From Convolutriloba macropyga (lineage: Eukaryota): a stretch of DNA of 64,000 nucleotides. The notes under the pieces were generated by a model. That model saw only the letters and a program-made list of their open reading frames with translations. It made no database searches and was not told where the DNA came from. Below, piece by piece: positions 11,692 to 24,593 of this stretch; position 1 is the stretch's first letter; each line of letters starts with the position of its first letter. The DNA is taken from contig NC_134469.1 of assembly GCF_964194025.1 (NCBI RefSeq), forward strand, positions 21,824,001-21,888,000, in the 5' to 3' direction. Made by a program: the position numbers and the translations under genes.

Positions 11692-14446
11692 CTGTATCCC
11701 AGAAAGAGAGACGGGCATTCGTAACAGCACTTGTAACACATCTCGTGCCTTAAACAAACTTTCACTCTTTCAAACTTACCTTGAAATACAGGTAAATAAC
11801 TATTTAACGAGCGCTTTCATATCAAAATGTGCTTGTCCAATGTTTCTTCCGCTATCTATTTTTTATGCACTCTAATTTTTTAACTTCTTGCAAACATTAA
11901 TTGGTTTCCGTTCGGTGCTAACTTAGTAGTCCTAATTATATAACAAGCCGACAAATTGCGGGAAAATAACCGCCGTTGTCATGCTTGACGCACATCTGGA
12001 TTGAAACAGAAAGAGAAAGAAATTGGCCAATTTTTTTTCTAAGAGTCAAAAAGTACTAATTTGGCGTGCAGTTTCAGTTAGATTCTAAAACTAGACTTCA
12101 GTCGGCTTCTAAACTGAAAGCTATTAAGCTTAATTCCAATGTCAACTATCATTCACTCTAATGAACTTCGATAACCTAATGCACTGTGTCTTAATGATCT
12201 GGCTTTATCGGTTTATCCCGTTACTTTTGATTCTGCTCTTTTCACATTGACCATATTCACTACATTGCATAATTCAATGAGCTAGAGATTTCAAAATCCA
12301 TTCAGTTGATACAGTGAGTGAAGTAAGTCACGAGACAATCGTGACTTATGTAGAACAGAACGAAAAACGTGATCAAAAGGCAAAGCAAGTTAAAAACAGC
12401 CGGAAGAATTCCGGAAACGACTCGAAGTCGTATCCGCTGGAAGAATTGAGCTTTTAAAATAGCTAATATCTCCTTGCAGAATGAATTAATGAGGAAAAAA
12501 CAACAGTCATAAGTCAAAGAACAAAAGGAAATTCGCCAGAAAAAAAATCACAAGAAACATTGAGAAAATTTGATTTTTCATGTAGTACAACTACACATAA
12601 AAACGGAATTAGTTGTTTCACACAAACTAGTTATCCAAAAAAAATATCAGCCCGGCCTTAATGAGATCACAAACATCTCTTTTTTGAACAAAAGAAGAGA
12701 AAAAATTGTGCAAAATTTCTTAAATTTTTCGTCAAATTACATAGAAAGAGACAACTTTTTGGCAGAAGAAACTTGCATGCTTTGTAATAAACAGAGCCTA
12801 CACGCATGACTCATTAACTCAATTACCAATATAATCAATAAACCGATACACTAGGCTAAAAATCGCATTAAGACTAAAAATCGGCAAAATAGTTGAAATA
12901 CCTTCAAGAAATATCATAAAGACAAAAGAAAGAAGATAATTCGACGACAAAAATCGTTGAAAATCAACACTGAGACGAAAACAATATTCTTAAAAAGTTA
13001 TTATCAGTAGAATTGTTTAAACGGCACTTCAAGCAAATTCTCAGTGTTGCCCTATGTCGAATGAAATCATTTGCAAACGAAAAAAAATACGAAGACAAAA
13101 ATCATTTTCTTTTAAACAACTGATAAAAGCAGAGCTGATTAGATTATAGTTTTCAGGAAAATGAAAGAGGTATAGATACTAGAGGAAGGACAAAAAAGAC
13201 AGAAACAAAAACATGAAAAAAACAAAAAAAAACGACTAGCCTCTAAATTATATAGCTATTCTCCTGCATAGTACTGAATGTAGAAAACGTTTCAAACAAT
13301 GAAAAATATTGCAATAAATTTGTTTAAAAACTTTTCAAAATTGCACTAATGAAAATTTTGCGGACTCTTAATTAATGAACGCCAATAAATCCTTAAATTA
13401 TTAGTAGAAGAAAATTAGGATCCCTGACAGTTCAGAGAGACTATTTCTAGTAGTTAAATACAAAAACAAACACGAGAAAAATTGACAAAAAACTGCCGAA
13501 ATCGGGCAATCATGTGTACATTTCAATGAAACAAAAATACCTGACGTTAAAAAGAGGCATTCAATGCATGAAATATCAAAAGTAAATTGCCATATGCACT
13601 GACTTTTGAAGTAAGAATCCGCTCGAAGATCCAAGAAAGACTAAATTAATTTGAAAACTCCAAAAAATTAAAAGAGGGACGTATGTTCTCATTTAGAAAT
13701 TAAAATATATTATGATTCTCTCAAAAACACTGTGATTTCAATTTCGGAGGTTCACATATCAATACAGCTTCTATTAAAAATTATTACCACAAAAAATTAA
13801 ATTAAAGGCGAAAAGACTGGGGTAGTTGGACAAAAAGACGGCTAAAAATAGTTATCTATATGCAGCATTCTGCCAAAAGTCATGCTTTGATCAAGGGGCA
13901 TGATCAAATACAATCCATCAACTAGAAAAATAAATAGTTCACACGCCAATTTTACTCCTTCGTTTTTAAGTCAAAACGCCGTCTGAAAGAATAGTACTTC
14001 CGGTAAAAAAAACCCAAGAAAACCAATACTCCTCTTCGAGTCGTAGAAAAAGGAGAGCACCTAAATATACGGAATGGCAAAAGTAAGTCAGCACCCTCAT
14101 ATTATAACCCTAAGGTTAGGTATTTACATTCTTACATATGGTAAATTAATCAGTATTTCCATTAATGTAATAATCATAAAATTGTGGCTGTTCGTTCTCA
14201 TAGGTAAAAATAGGGTTTGAAGGCTCCTATTTGTCTATTAACAGGTACTTTCTTGTGCTGATTGAGCAAAAACTCTGCTAAAACATTTTTAAAGCAAGTT
14301 TTACTGTTAAAATTTCTGGAATATTAGAACAATGCTCCAAGTATGAAAATTCTCGTGTACTAACTATATTAGACGCTATACATTTCTGGATAATTTTTGA
14401 AATTTCCTGAATTAGCTTTTATCCAAATAATTATGCTCATACTCAC

Positions 14447-14682
14447 ATACAGCTTTCCTCCCTGGAATATTGGTAACATTTTGTGCACAGATCATCTTCC
14501 CACCCAGAGACAGCACCCTGTTGTGACCTTCTAAAATGCATGAGTCGCGTGGACTTGACACTCCCAAATGCACTCGGATAGGCGACCCTCTTCACATAGT
14601 TGCGTCTCAGCAGTCCATTTCCATACCGATTCGCATCATCTCCACCTCTCATCAGCAGTGAGCTCCTCTGGACTCTCGCTTT
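14447..14682 (-). CDS. Probable exon 2 of the LRR gene
   Basis: GC-richer open frame KARVQRSSLLMRGG...REESC. Acceptor ctgactgtAG (phase 0); strong donor AT|GTGAGT (phase 2, matching the next exon). Confidence 0.65.
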
Positions 14683-14947
14683 CTACAGTCAGATGAGTGC
14701 GTTCAGTAAAATTCAGTTTTGCTTGAATCAGACACATCTCTTTGAAAAAATAGTCCAGATTTTAGCATTTGTTTGAATTACGCTAGTTAAGAACAAACAG
14801 ATTTACCAGCAGTTCCTGCTAGATTAAAACAAAAACTAACGGTACTCGAATTGAGTTGAGAAAAGATAATAGCTAACATTCTTTAGATTTATCTTTTTTA
14901 AAAAAAATCATTAAGAAAATTTTAAAAAAATCATTAAGAGTACCCAC

Positions 14948-15307
14948 TCCTAAATGTCGCAAACAATTTCTGTCTTTCCTCAGAAGCATCTCCAGATCTG
15001 GGACGTCACAACCATCATAATAGCGTTGTCCTCTTCTACACGAATATCGGCCTCCTCCTGAAGATTGCCACATGTTTGGACTCCCACTTGGGTTCCATTC
15101 GTCCGTAAATGCATAGAGCAGAAAAATAATAACTGCACTTATAATAAGGATAGTGAAGAAAGTGGGTGCAAACTCGTACCTCGAAACATCGTCTTTCCTC
15201 AACAATGTTGCTTTAAAATCATCAGCAAGGTGGTAACTGTAAATATTAAAATGATATCCAGCGTAATATGAGAACAAAATGGAAGGACATACATCACTAA
15301 TATCCAT
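14948..15307 (-). CDS. Probable first coding exon of the LRR gene, with a transmembrane helix
   Basis: ATG at 15307 (MDISD...), hydrophobic stretch FFTILIISAVIIFLLYAF, donor GGA|GTGGGT in phase 0 matching the 14682 acceptor. The ORF tail past the donor runs into AT-rich intron-like sequence. Confidence 0.55.
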
Positions 15308-16049
15308 TGAATCTGTAATATACACTCTATGAAGAGGGAGGCGCTACTGGACACCAAACAATGAGGCTCGGTAATGTGCATTTGCACATAATGTTCCGAC
15401 CCCGCTCATCCAAATTTTTTACTTAATGGTCAACCAAATGAAATAGGATATTTCCAAAAATTCACATGCTGGTCATTGGGCGTTTGAATAAAGAAAAATT
15501 GCTAAAAACTAAGCCACCAAATGAAATAAGCAATGCCACATTAGAACCCATGAGACCTGCAATTAAAGAGACTAAGCTTTCAACAAGGAGGCTCAGTAAT
15601 GAGGAGGAGACTCTCATCCTCGTTTTTGGCTTAATTGTCTAACAAATCAGGAAGGGATAGAAAACTTCCAAAAATTCAAGTATTTCTCAAAAACAACGAG
15701 TGTATGAATCAAAACTCCGTCAAAATCATTCAATGGAATTTTAAAAAATGCCGCTTTAGAGGGCCGTGGAGATTTGTCATTACTAAGAATATGAGTCAAC
15801 ACGAACAACAAAATCAAATAACAAAAACATTAATAACTTCCAAAACACGATGTCTATTTGTAGAACAACTTAATAACATAGTCTAAATAGCTTCGGATAA
15901 AACCTAAACTAAAAAAATAACCAGTTCATTGTTCATCACTAGATATGGAACCAATCCTTAATGGGACTTGAAAACAAAAAAAAAACAAAAGGCTAACTTA
16001 AAAAATACGCTCTAAATTTCTTTAAATTGGTTTCAAAGTAATGAAAACC

Positions 16050-17700
16050 ATTAGATATGAACTGAAATCATTAAATACGTTTGTAATACGAGCATATATA
16101 ACTCAATTAGATAAGACATTGGGACCTGTCATTATTAAGATTTTTTCATTCGAGTACAAAAAAAACACAAAAAAGAAAATTTGCACTAAGAATAAGAAAA
16201 GTTTGGTTGCTCGTTTCCTGAATGTCAATAAAGTAATATGTGACCACTCATTAATGACACTAACAGGTAGACAATAAAAGAGCAGAGTTAAAAACAACCT
16301 TTATTTTTTTCGCAAACAACCTTATCAAATTTTTTTTTTCGCAGAAACCAGTGTCGAAGCCGTCAAAACTATTTAAAAAAACTCACTCTACAGATTAGAT
16401 AAGTTAAATTTCGCCTCCCTTCTATGCCGGCAACGTGATATGTGACCTGTAATTAACAAGATTAGTTAGTTAAAAATTACTTTTTTTGAACAATTACTTT
16501 CAAAGTTATTCAAACAATCAGCAATAAATTCAAATTATTAAACAGGTTCACTCATTCCTCAAAAAGAAGCATATGAGACTTATTATAAATAAGAAAAAGT
16601 CATACCTTAACGCAAATAACGTCAAATAAAGACAAAAACTTAAAAAAATTGAAAAATCGGTGTCATACACGTTATAACCATAATCAATTAGCTGAAAGCA
16701 TTAGATATGTTCAACTGCGCTTTTTTGACGCCAATAATGTGATATGAGACTTGTATTAAACGAAAAAGGTAATAAATGAAAATAGACGAAAAAGAGCAGA
16801 GAATGCAAAGTCAAAGAATAGTTAAAGTTTTTGAAAACAATAATTTTTGAAGTCATGAAACCATCAGCTCTCAATTCAAATGTTAAAACAGGTTCCTTCA
16901 TTCCTACAACGGAAACCATTGAGAATCATCGTTAATCAGAATACGTTAAACTCGAACAGACCTCAAAATCCAAAAATAAGGTATTTTTTTGGCAAAAACC
17001 AGCGTCGAAGCCGTTAAACACATAACCTACTAAAAATTCACTTTATTTAATTGCACTTTCCTTCAATGCCAAAAAAGTGTTAACAGACGGGTTATAAATA
17101 TAACTGGTTAACAGAAAGACAAAAAAGATGCAAAGCAAAAAAGAACTTCTTTTAAAACAATTATTTTCAAAGTCATGAAAAAGTATAAGATAAATTGGAA
17201 ATATTTGAACGTGGTTTTTATACCCGCAATGAAGCCGGTGAGACCTGCTACTAAGCAGAATTTATCATACGTTCAAAAAACTTCAAAAACAGACAAAAAA
17301 CAACTTTTGCGAAACCCGTTGTGAAGCTATTAAAACCATTATCAGTGCACTACCAGTTATCAACAAATGCAACTCTTTTTGATGCTAAAACGTGATATGT
17401 TACCTATGATTAATAAGACTAGGTGACAAATAGACAAACAACAACAGCTGAAAAAAACTTTTAAAAAATTCTTTTAAACTTGAAAAAATTATATCTAAAG
17501 TCATGAAAACAATCAGCTAAAAACAAATATCAGTAAATAGGCTCGTGTGCTTTTCCATGACATGCCACTGAAAGCTCTGATAATTTAGAAATTTACATAC
17601 AATCACAACAAAAGTGCAATTAAAGACAAAATGAACAACATTCCATTAAATTCTTCTAAAAATAATCCATTAAACTCTGAACCGTAAAACTATAACCCAT
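16050..17700. repeat. Old degenerate tandem array, period ~320-345 bp
   Basis: An AAAGTCATGAAAAC-like motif at ~16502, 16848, 17168, 17497 and an AAACCAGTGTCGAAGCC-like motif at ~16345, 16654, 16996, 17312. Confidence 0.65.
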
Positions 17701-18146
17701 TCCTTAAAAAATTATATATTTAATTGTGCCTAAAGTTTAAACACCAATGACTTGATAAGTGAGCTATCAACAACTTGAGCATGTGGCAAAACCAGAAAAA
17801 ATCTGAGAAATGGGCAATGTCCGAAAATTTTTTCGCCAAACTAGTAGCATCAACGCGAGAAGACAATTTCTTCAAACATAAATCCGTAATAGAGATTCAA
17901 CTTTAAGTAGAAGATTCATTCCTTCTGCAATGAAACTAAGCTAGAAGTTGACCACGGGAAAAATAGCGGCAAAGATCTATAATCAATTGTTTAATTTGAA
18001 AACAAATTATTTTAAAAGTCAAATCGAAAATAAGCTTTTGACTAAAGAAGTAAAAACTTTAGTTCCAATTGGACCTATCAATAGTGACCCTTGAAGTTAA
18101 ATGTTCTGTTCTGTATTCAACATAAAAAAGACAATAATTTTTTAAA

Positions 18147-19235
18147 AAGAGCCACTGATTACAATCCGGATTACTTTTGGACTTTATAATTTAACGATTA
18201 GACCAAATCTAGCCCTGCTATTACTGTTAATTTGCAAAGAACATGAAGTGGTTCCCAGTTAAATGATATAGACAATTAGTCAAAAGATTTCACTTAGAGA
18301 AAAATTATGCTGTTTGTATAATTTGAGTTATATTAGCTAAAAAACGGCAAAAGTTCAAACCAAGAAAACTTTCAAAAAAAGTTGTGAAGTAAATTAGCCC
18401 TCTCCTGAGCTGAGGCCAATTGTGGCTGAATCTTTAGGTGCTCACTTTGGGCAAATTTAAGCAAAGTTGAACAATGAAGCACATTTCTTGCAATTTTTGA
18501 TGCTAAAAAGCTGTTTTTTTTTTAAATATTTAGCAAAAATTTGAGCCAAAAATTTAGACGAAAACTTCATCAACACTCTACTACCTTTAGAAAACAAACC
18601 AAAGACACTTTTTCAAATATTTTAAACAAATTTTAGCAAAACTGCCAAAACTATACGGAAAAATTCAGGAAATTGTGAATAAAAACAACGGAAATCCGTC
18701 TATTATTCACAAAACTTTAAAGCTCCTTAACTCTCTGAAAAAAGATAATTTCTTTTCAATTCCACATTCTATGTTAAAATTATTTAATAAAAGACAGCCA
18801 CTGATTACAATCCGGATTATTTTTGGACTTTAGAATTTAAGAAATAGACCAAAGCTAGCCCTGCTATTACTGTTAATTTGTTAAGAACATGAAGAGGTTC
18901 CCAGTGTAAATGATATAGATAATTTTTCAAAAGAGTTTAGTTAGAGGAAAATCATGCTGTTTGTATAATTTAATTTATATTAGCAAAAAAATGGCAAAAA
19001 TTCAAACCCAGAAACCTTTCAAAAAAAAGTTGAGAAATAAACTAGCCCTCTCCTGAGCTGAGGCCAATTGTGGCTGCATTTTTTAGGTGTTCAATTTCGG
19101 CAAATTTAAGCAAAGTCGAATAAAGAAGCATATTTCATGCAATTTTTGATGCAAAAAGGCTGATTATTTGAAATACTTAGAAAAAATTTGAGCCAAAAAT
19201 TAGACTAAAAATTTTATCAACACTCTACTATCTTT
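18147..19235. repeat. Tandem duplication, period ~646 bp
   Basis: AGCCACTGATTACAATCCGGATTA at 18150 and 18796; TAGCCCTCTCCTGAGCTGAGGCCAATTGTGGCTG present in both copies. Confidence 0.9.
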
Positions 19236-20619
19236 TCATATCGATCGGCCAAAATTGACTGAACAAAATAAATCCCATTTGAGTATATAATTCCTCCCCC
19301 CCCCGCCTAAAATGGGTCGGAACAATTAAAAAAAATAATAGTCAGATCCACATGTAAATCCTTAGGACACCAATGAGCCAGGTCATTAACAAGATTAAGT
19401 CAAGATTACAACATAGCAACAACAGGCAAAAAACAAAGAAAATTCCAACAATTTACCAAAAAACTCAAGTGTTCAAGCCATTACAACCATAAGCTGTTCA
19501 CTTGAAAGATTATATATATTCACTTAGGCCTCACAGTACCACAAAAATTGATCAATATCAAATACCTGCAACTTTTAATGAAAACTGTGGTGTCAAAGTC
19601 ATGAGGTGTCAAACTGGTGTCAAAACCAATACAGTTATTATTGTTTCACGGGAAAATGGACGGAACTCGTCATTAATCAGACTGAACTACAAGTTAGCAA
19701 AAGGGAGAACGAGAAGTGGCGGAATTCACAAATATACTGATAATTTTGAAAACAAATAATTTCAAAAACCAAAGCTATCAACTGAGAGCATTAAATAGTT
19801 TGATCCATACCTCCATAGGAAGTAAATACAACCTTCCATTCTTCAGAATATGTCCTACAATTAGAAAAAGACCCGAAATATTGGCAGAAAAATCAATTAA
19901 AATTTGCACGAAAAATGTCAGAGCCATCAAAATATTAATCTATTCACAGAAAATAAAACTAATGTTAAATTGGTCTCTTGCCACCAGTCATAAAAGGGAC
20001 AACATGACAAGACACCAAAATATGGACAAATATTCAAATAACAAATTTTTATGAAAACTAGTGGCGTCAAAGTCATGAACCATTAGAAAAAGCATAAAAC
20101 CCTGATAGATTATTTTTTCTTTCAACAGAAAGAACGAGAGACCTGTGACTATTGAGATTAAGCCAAATCTTGACTGTTAAACTAAAAAGGCGGTATAGTT
20201 CAAAAAATTACTGATATTTTTCAAAAACAAATATATTAATGTATATTAATATAAGTCATAAGAGCTATCAAGTATCGGCTAAAATCAGTAGATAGGTTCA
20301 AATTTCAAATCTTACTCTTTTTGATGCCAATTGGACCATTGGTTAGTGGTAAAAATTGACAAGATGACAAAAAGAACGACCAAAGCAGTCAGAACAAGCA
20401 CTCTAAAACTTACGAAAACACTTGGTCGAAACCACTCGTTGCGCCTGGGTTGAAGGTTACTATAACCTGTAATAATTAAACCTAGAAATGAAATCTCACT
20501 GTCTGCAATTGACATAAAACAAAGAACGAAAAGATATAAAAAGCCACCCCAATACAATCCGAATCATTTTTGGTTGCAAAATTACATGGGACCAAAACTA
20601 GCCTTGCTACAAACAACTA

Positions 20620-22610
20620 GGCTCGGTAATGCGCGTTCACAAAGTTCCGACCCCGCTTATCTACATTTTTCACTTAATTTTCTACCAAATCATGAAGAGA
20701 TTACAAAATTAATATATTGTTCAACAAAATACAAAATGAATAAAAACAATCTAACTTAGAGGGCCGATGAGACCTCTGACCACCGTAATATGACTACCAC
20801 AAAAGACAACGATGAAAATAAAAGAATTACAAATATTAACTACGACCAAAACCCAATGTCAATTTTTCGAAAACCATCAATAACCAAATCAAAATCGCAT
20901 CAGAAAAAACTTATAATTAAGGAGATTAACCAGTACTTCATTAGAAAAAATATGGGACTTTTCCTCAGTGCGACTTGGTAACAAGTCGACACGAAATGAG
21001 CAAAAGGGCAAAGTTTAATAAAACGTTGCTTTTTTTAAAAAAAAATAAGAATTTCAAACTGATTAAAAACATTATGCATAAAATGAAATCATTGAAAGAT
21101 TTTTTTATACCTCCAAAGATAGAGCGATTGAGATCTTTCATTATCCAGGATATGTCATATCCCTAAAGACAGCAGTCAAAACGTTTAAACAAAAGAAAAA
21201 ATTTTTCAGTTCTCCCAAAAACGAGACCTTTCATTAACGCAGCTAAATAGCGAAAACGATACACAATTCTAAATTACCAAAAAAGGCGAAAATCAGAACA
21301 AAGAGGGATACCTTTGAAGAAAACAAAGGTGAAGAAAACTTCTACTTTTGAAAAATATTTATTCGAAAGTCAATAAAGCCATTAGCTATATACTGATATC
21401 AGTTATTTAGTTCATAAATAAATCTATAGTTGGCCATTGAGACCTTTTATTACCCAATATTTGGCATACGGCAACATAAATTAACAAATACAGGGCAGAA
21501 ATAAAAAACTACCGAATTTTGCAAGAGAACGGTGTCGAATCCCATAAAACCATGAGCTACGAAAACAATAAATATATTGATTTACGAATTTTGAAAAGCT
21601 TTTCTCAGTTAGATCACTAAATTATGTGATAATTCACAAAGAAACAACAAGAACTGCAAAATGTGCAACTATGCACCAATAAAAAGCCGATTAGTTTGTA
21701 TCTTTTAAGAAAGAAAGTTTGACCTGTGATTTTTGAGAATATGCTAAAAGTTGACAGAAATAAGATAAAAAATGACGAGTTCAAAAATCTCTCAAATTCT
21801 CTTAAAACAAATATATTCAATGTCATAATAGACATTAGATAACAACTGAAAGCTTTGTAGAATTTCACCTACACCTTTTGAAGAAGTCAGTTGGATCTTT
21901 GATGGGTTCGATCTAGTAATCAGACTGCAAAAAGAATAACAATTGAAGGCAAAACACAAGAATTCAGATAAAGATTACTAAAACTCTTCTTGAAAGAAAT
22001 AAAAACCATTGGGTTCTCTAAAATCAGACTATATCTACATTTGGCCACATTTTTACTTAAATGGAGGCTTTCATTAATGGAACCGTGAATTGAAAATTTT
22101 GCCAGTAATCAACAATAAAAAAAACAAAATGCTAAATATTAGAGCCAAATAGATTGTAAGAATCCATGCTGATATAAATATATCTATGATTTTAACGAGC
22201 CTCCAAAAAACCACCCAAGTGTTTCAAAAAATCTGCAATCAAACAATTCAGCAACGCTCTTTTATCTCTAACGGTTACAATAACCCTCTACCGTTGAAAA
22301 AATTTCATATATTTTATAATATTTAAGCAAAATTGAACCAAATTTTAGCAAAAATTATCAAAAATGTGAATCAAAACTGTCGAATCAAAAATTTAAACCT
22401 CGATAACTCCCTGTAAAAAACTAAAATCAAAAAATCTTTCTTATTCCATATTCTCGGATGTACATGCTTTTTAATGATACCACTAACAAATATCTACGAT
22501 GGATATATCTATCGGACAAAATTGACTGAAAAAAAATCCATTTGATTATATAGTTCCTCTCTCCCCATTAAAGTGGGGGTCGGAACAAAATGTGCACAAA
22601 TAACGGACAT
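20620..22610. mobile_element. Non-autonomous TIR element, copy 3
   Basis: Left end GGCTCGGTAATGCG..GTTCCGACCCC; right end GGGGTCGGAACAAAATGTGCA. Interior is homologous to 768-3404. Confidence 0.68.
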
Positions 22611-22899
22611 CAGTCCGGCAAAATTTTCAAAAACAATGAAAACTCGATATTCTACTCTTGACGTGCTTTCTAATGATATCATTCCCAACTTACAGCGATT
22701 GTCCAAAATTGACTGAACAAAACCAGTTAAGCATATAATTTCTGCTTTTCCGCCAACATGTGCTTACTAAAAATTTTTAGTATTGTATTTAATTAGTATT
22801 GTAATTAATTATTGGTAATTATTCATTTCGAAGCCCGAGTACTATTTGCCGTGAACGAAAACTCCTAATAGCACAGTAGAACCATCACTTACACTAACA

Positions 22900-24037
22900 T
22901 TATAAACACAAACTGAAATTTCGCCCCTATACCGTTCCGAATATCGATGAAGCTGGCCTGCAAACATCAGTAACAGTTGAATGCAAAAATGAATTTAAAA
23001 ATGAATTCCTCTAAAGTCAATAGGATTTCTGCATTTAAATTAAATTCTGTTAAAATACCGGAGTCAGAAAGCTGCAAGTATCTTGGAGTTAGTTTGGATT
23101 TTTAAAAAAAACGAAATTCATAGAGCACATTGAGGAAGCGAAGAAAAAGTTAGCAATTCAGTGCAGAAGTGTCAAAATTAAGGAATTATGTTCAAAAAAA
23201 CTGTCTTACTCCAATACTCCAATTTTATTCTTCAAATATCAAACCAATCATGCAATATGGTGTGTTGATATATGGATGTGTGACCTTCAACCTTTAGTTC
23301 TATTGCAAAAAACAATCAGACTCATTTTGTTCCGGAAATACAGAAATTGTTTCTCAATTTTTGAGAAATGCAAGGTCTTCTCTGCTCACAAAATGCATTT
23401 TTACGAACCTCTTAAATTTGTATTAAAATAAGTAAACAAAATGCACATAGATACATATCTTAATGAGTTATTTTCTTTTGAATCCCGATCAAACAATTCA
23501 AAAAGATCTTTAAAATGGTTGTTGAAAATACCAAAGTGTACACGAAAGATCGAAAGGAATTCAGAGGTGCCAAATTACTTAACATTTTATCGAAAACATT
23601 GTGTTACCATCAAACTGTTATTGTTCATTTGTCAGTCTGGTGCACAAGATCAGAGACAACTACATTTTATCGAATTATGAATGAACAAAAAATTCTTCTC
23701 CTAATTGCTACTTTGTGCATTTGAAAGACATTCCAGAACGATTAAATTTGCTGTTGTCAAGTTCTGCTAAAGGGGCAAAAAATTTGTCAAAATTTGAAAA
23801 TTCCATCAACTAAACTGATTATCTTTCACCAGAGAAATTTTTTTTTGAATATTCATATCCAAATGTAAAAAATTAAAGGGCAGTGCTCAGTGATCCAGTC
23901 GGATTCGAAAACTGTCCTCTCTGAGTGTACAATAGTTTTATGTGTAATGGCGCTTTTTGATCTTAAACTGGAATTTTTGTCATGTGTTATATGATGTTTA
24001 TTTATACTCAGATGAATTAATTCTCTCTCTCTCTCTC
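22900..24037 (+). mobile_element. 5'-truncated decayed LINE 3' end with a (TC)n tail
   Basis: CKYLGVSLD at ~23073 and QYGVLIYG at ~23253 are RT thumb/C-terminal motifs. Terminal (TC)n run at 24022-24037. Confidence 0.7.
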
Positions 24038-24593
24038 AATTGAAAGAATTTCGGAGTCCAATGTTAGTGATAATCCGCGTTACTGAATTCTGGAACTGTT
24101 AAAACATTTCTGAAATTTAGTAAGAGATAATCGCTGGAAAATATGAAAAAAACACGTTCGACAGACACCTAAAACGACTGAACCATCTGTCATGTGAAAA
24201 TATCATTTTCTGAATTTACAATTCATGCAAACTTAATCAGCTGAAGATATAGAGAAATTACTAATATATGATATGACTGAAAATTCATTTGGAATACGAA
24301 ACATGCGATACTAATGAATGGAAATTGAGAATTACTTTGGCCACTGGGCAATTTGTTGCTATGATAGAATTAGAAATAAACTTTCAAATTCTGCGCTTTC
24401 TGAAGCTATTGATAAATGTTTGGGATAAACAAAACCATTGTCAAAATAACAGAAAGCCACTCAATTTGAAAACCTGACAACATATATAGCACTTATTTAA
24501 TCAACTATAGAAATAATCTAAAAGCAATTTATGCGTTGATATGAAAAAATATGACACAAGTTTGGAAAATCAGAGCTCGTCTAATCGAGACGA

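Larger units (their letters stand above)
15365..19325. mobile_element. Non-autonomous TIR element, copy 2
   Basis: Left end GGCTCGGTAATG...TGTTCCGACCCC and right end GGGTCGGAACA are inverted complements. No coding capacity. Confidence 0.6.

Noticed and set aside
14104-14120. TAACCCTAAGGTTAGG as a telomeric or fusion relic
   Set aside because: Only about one unit per side; expected by chance.
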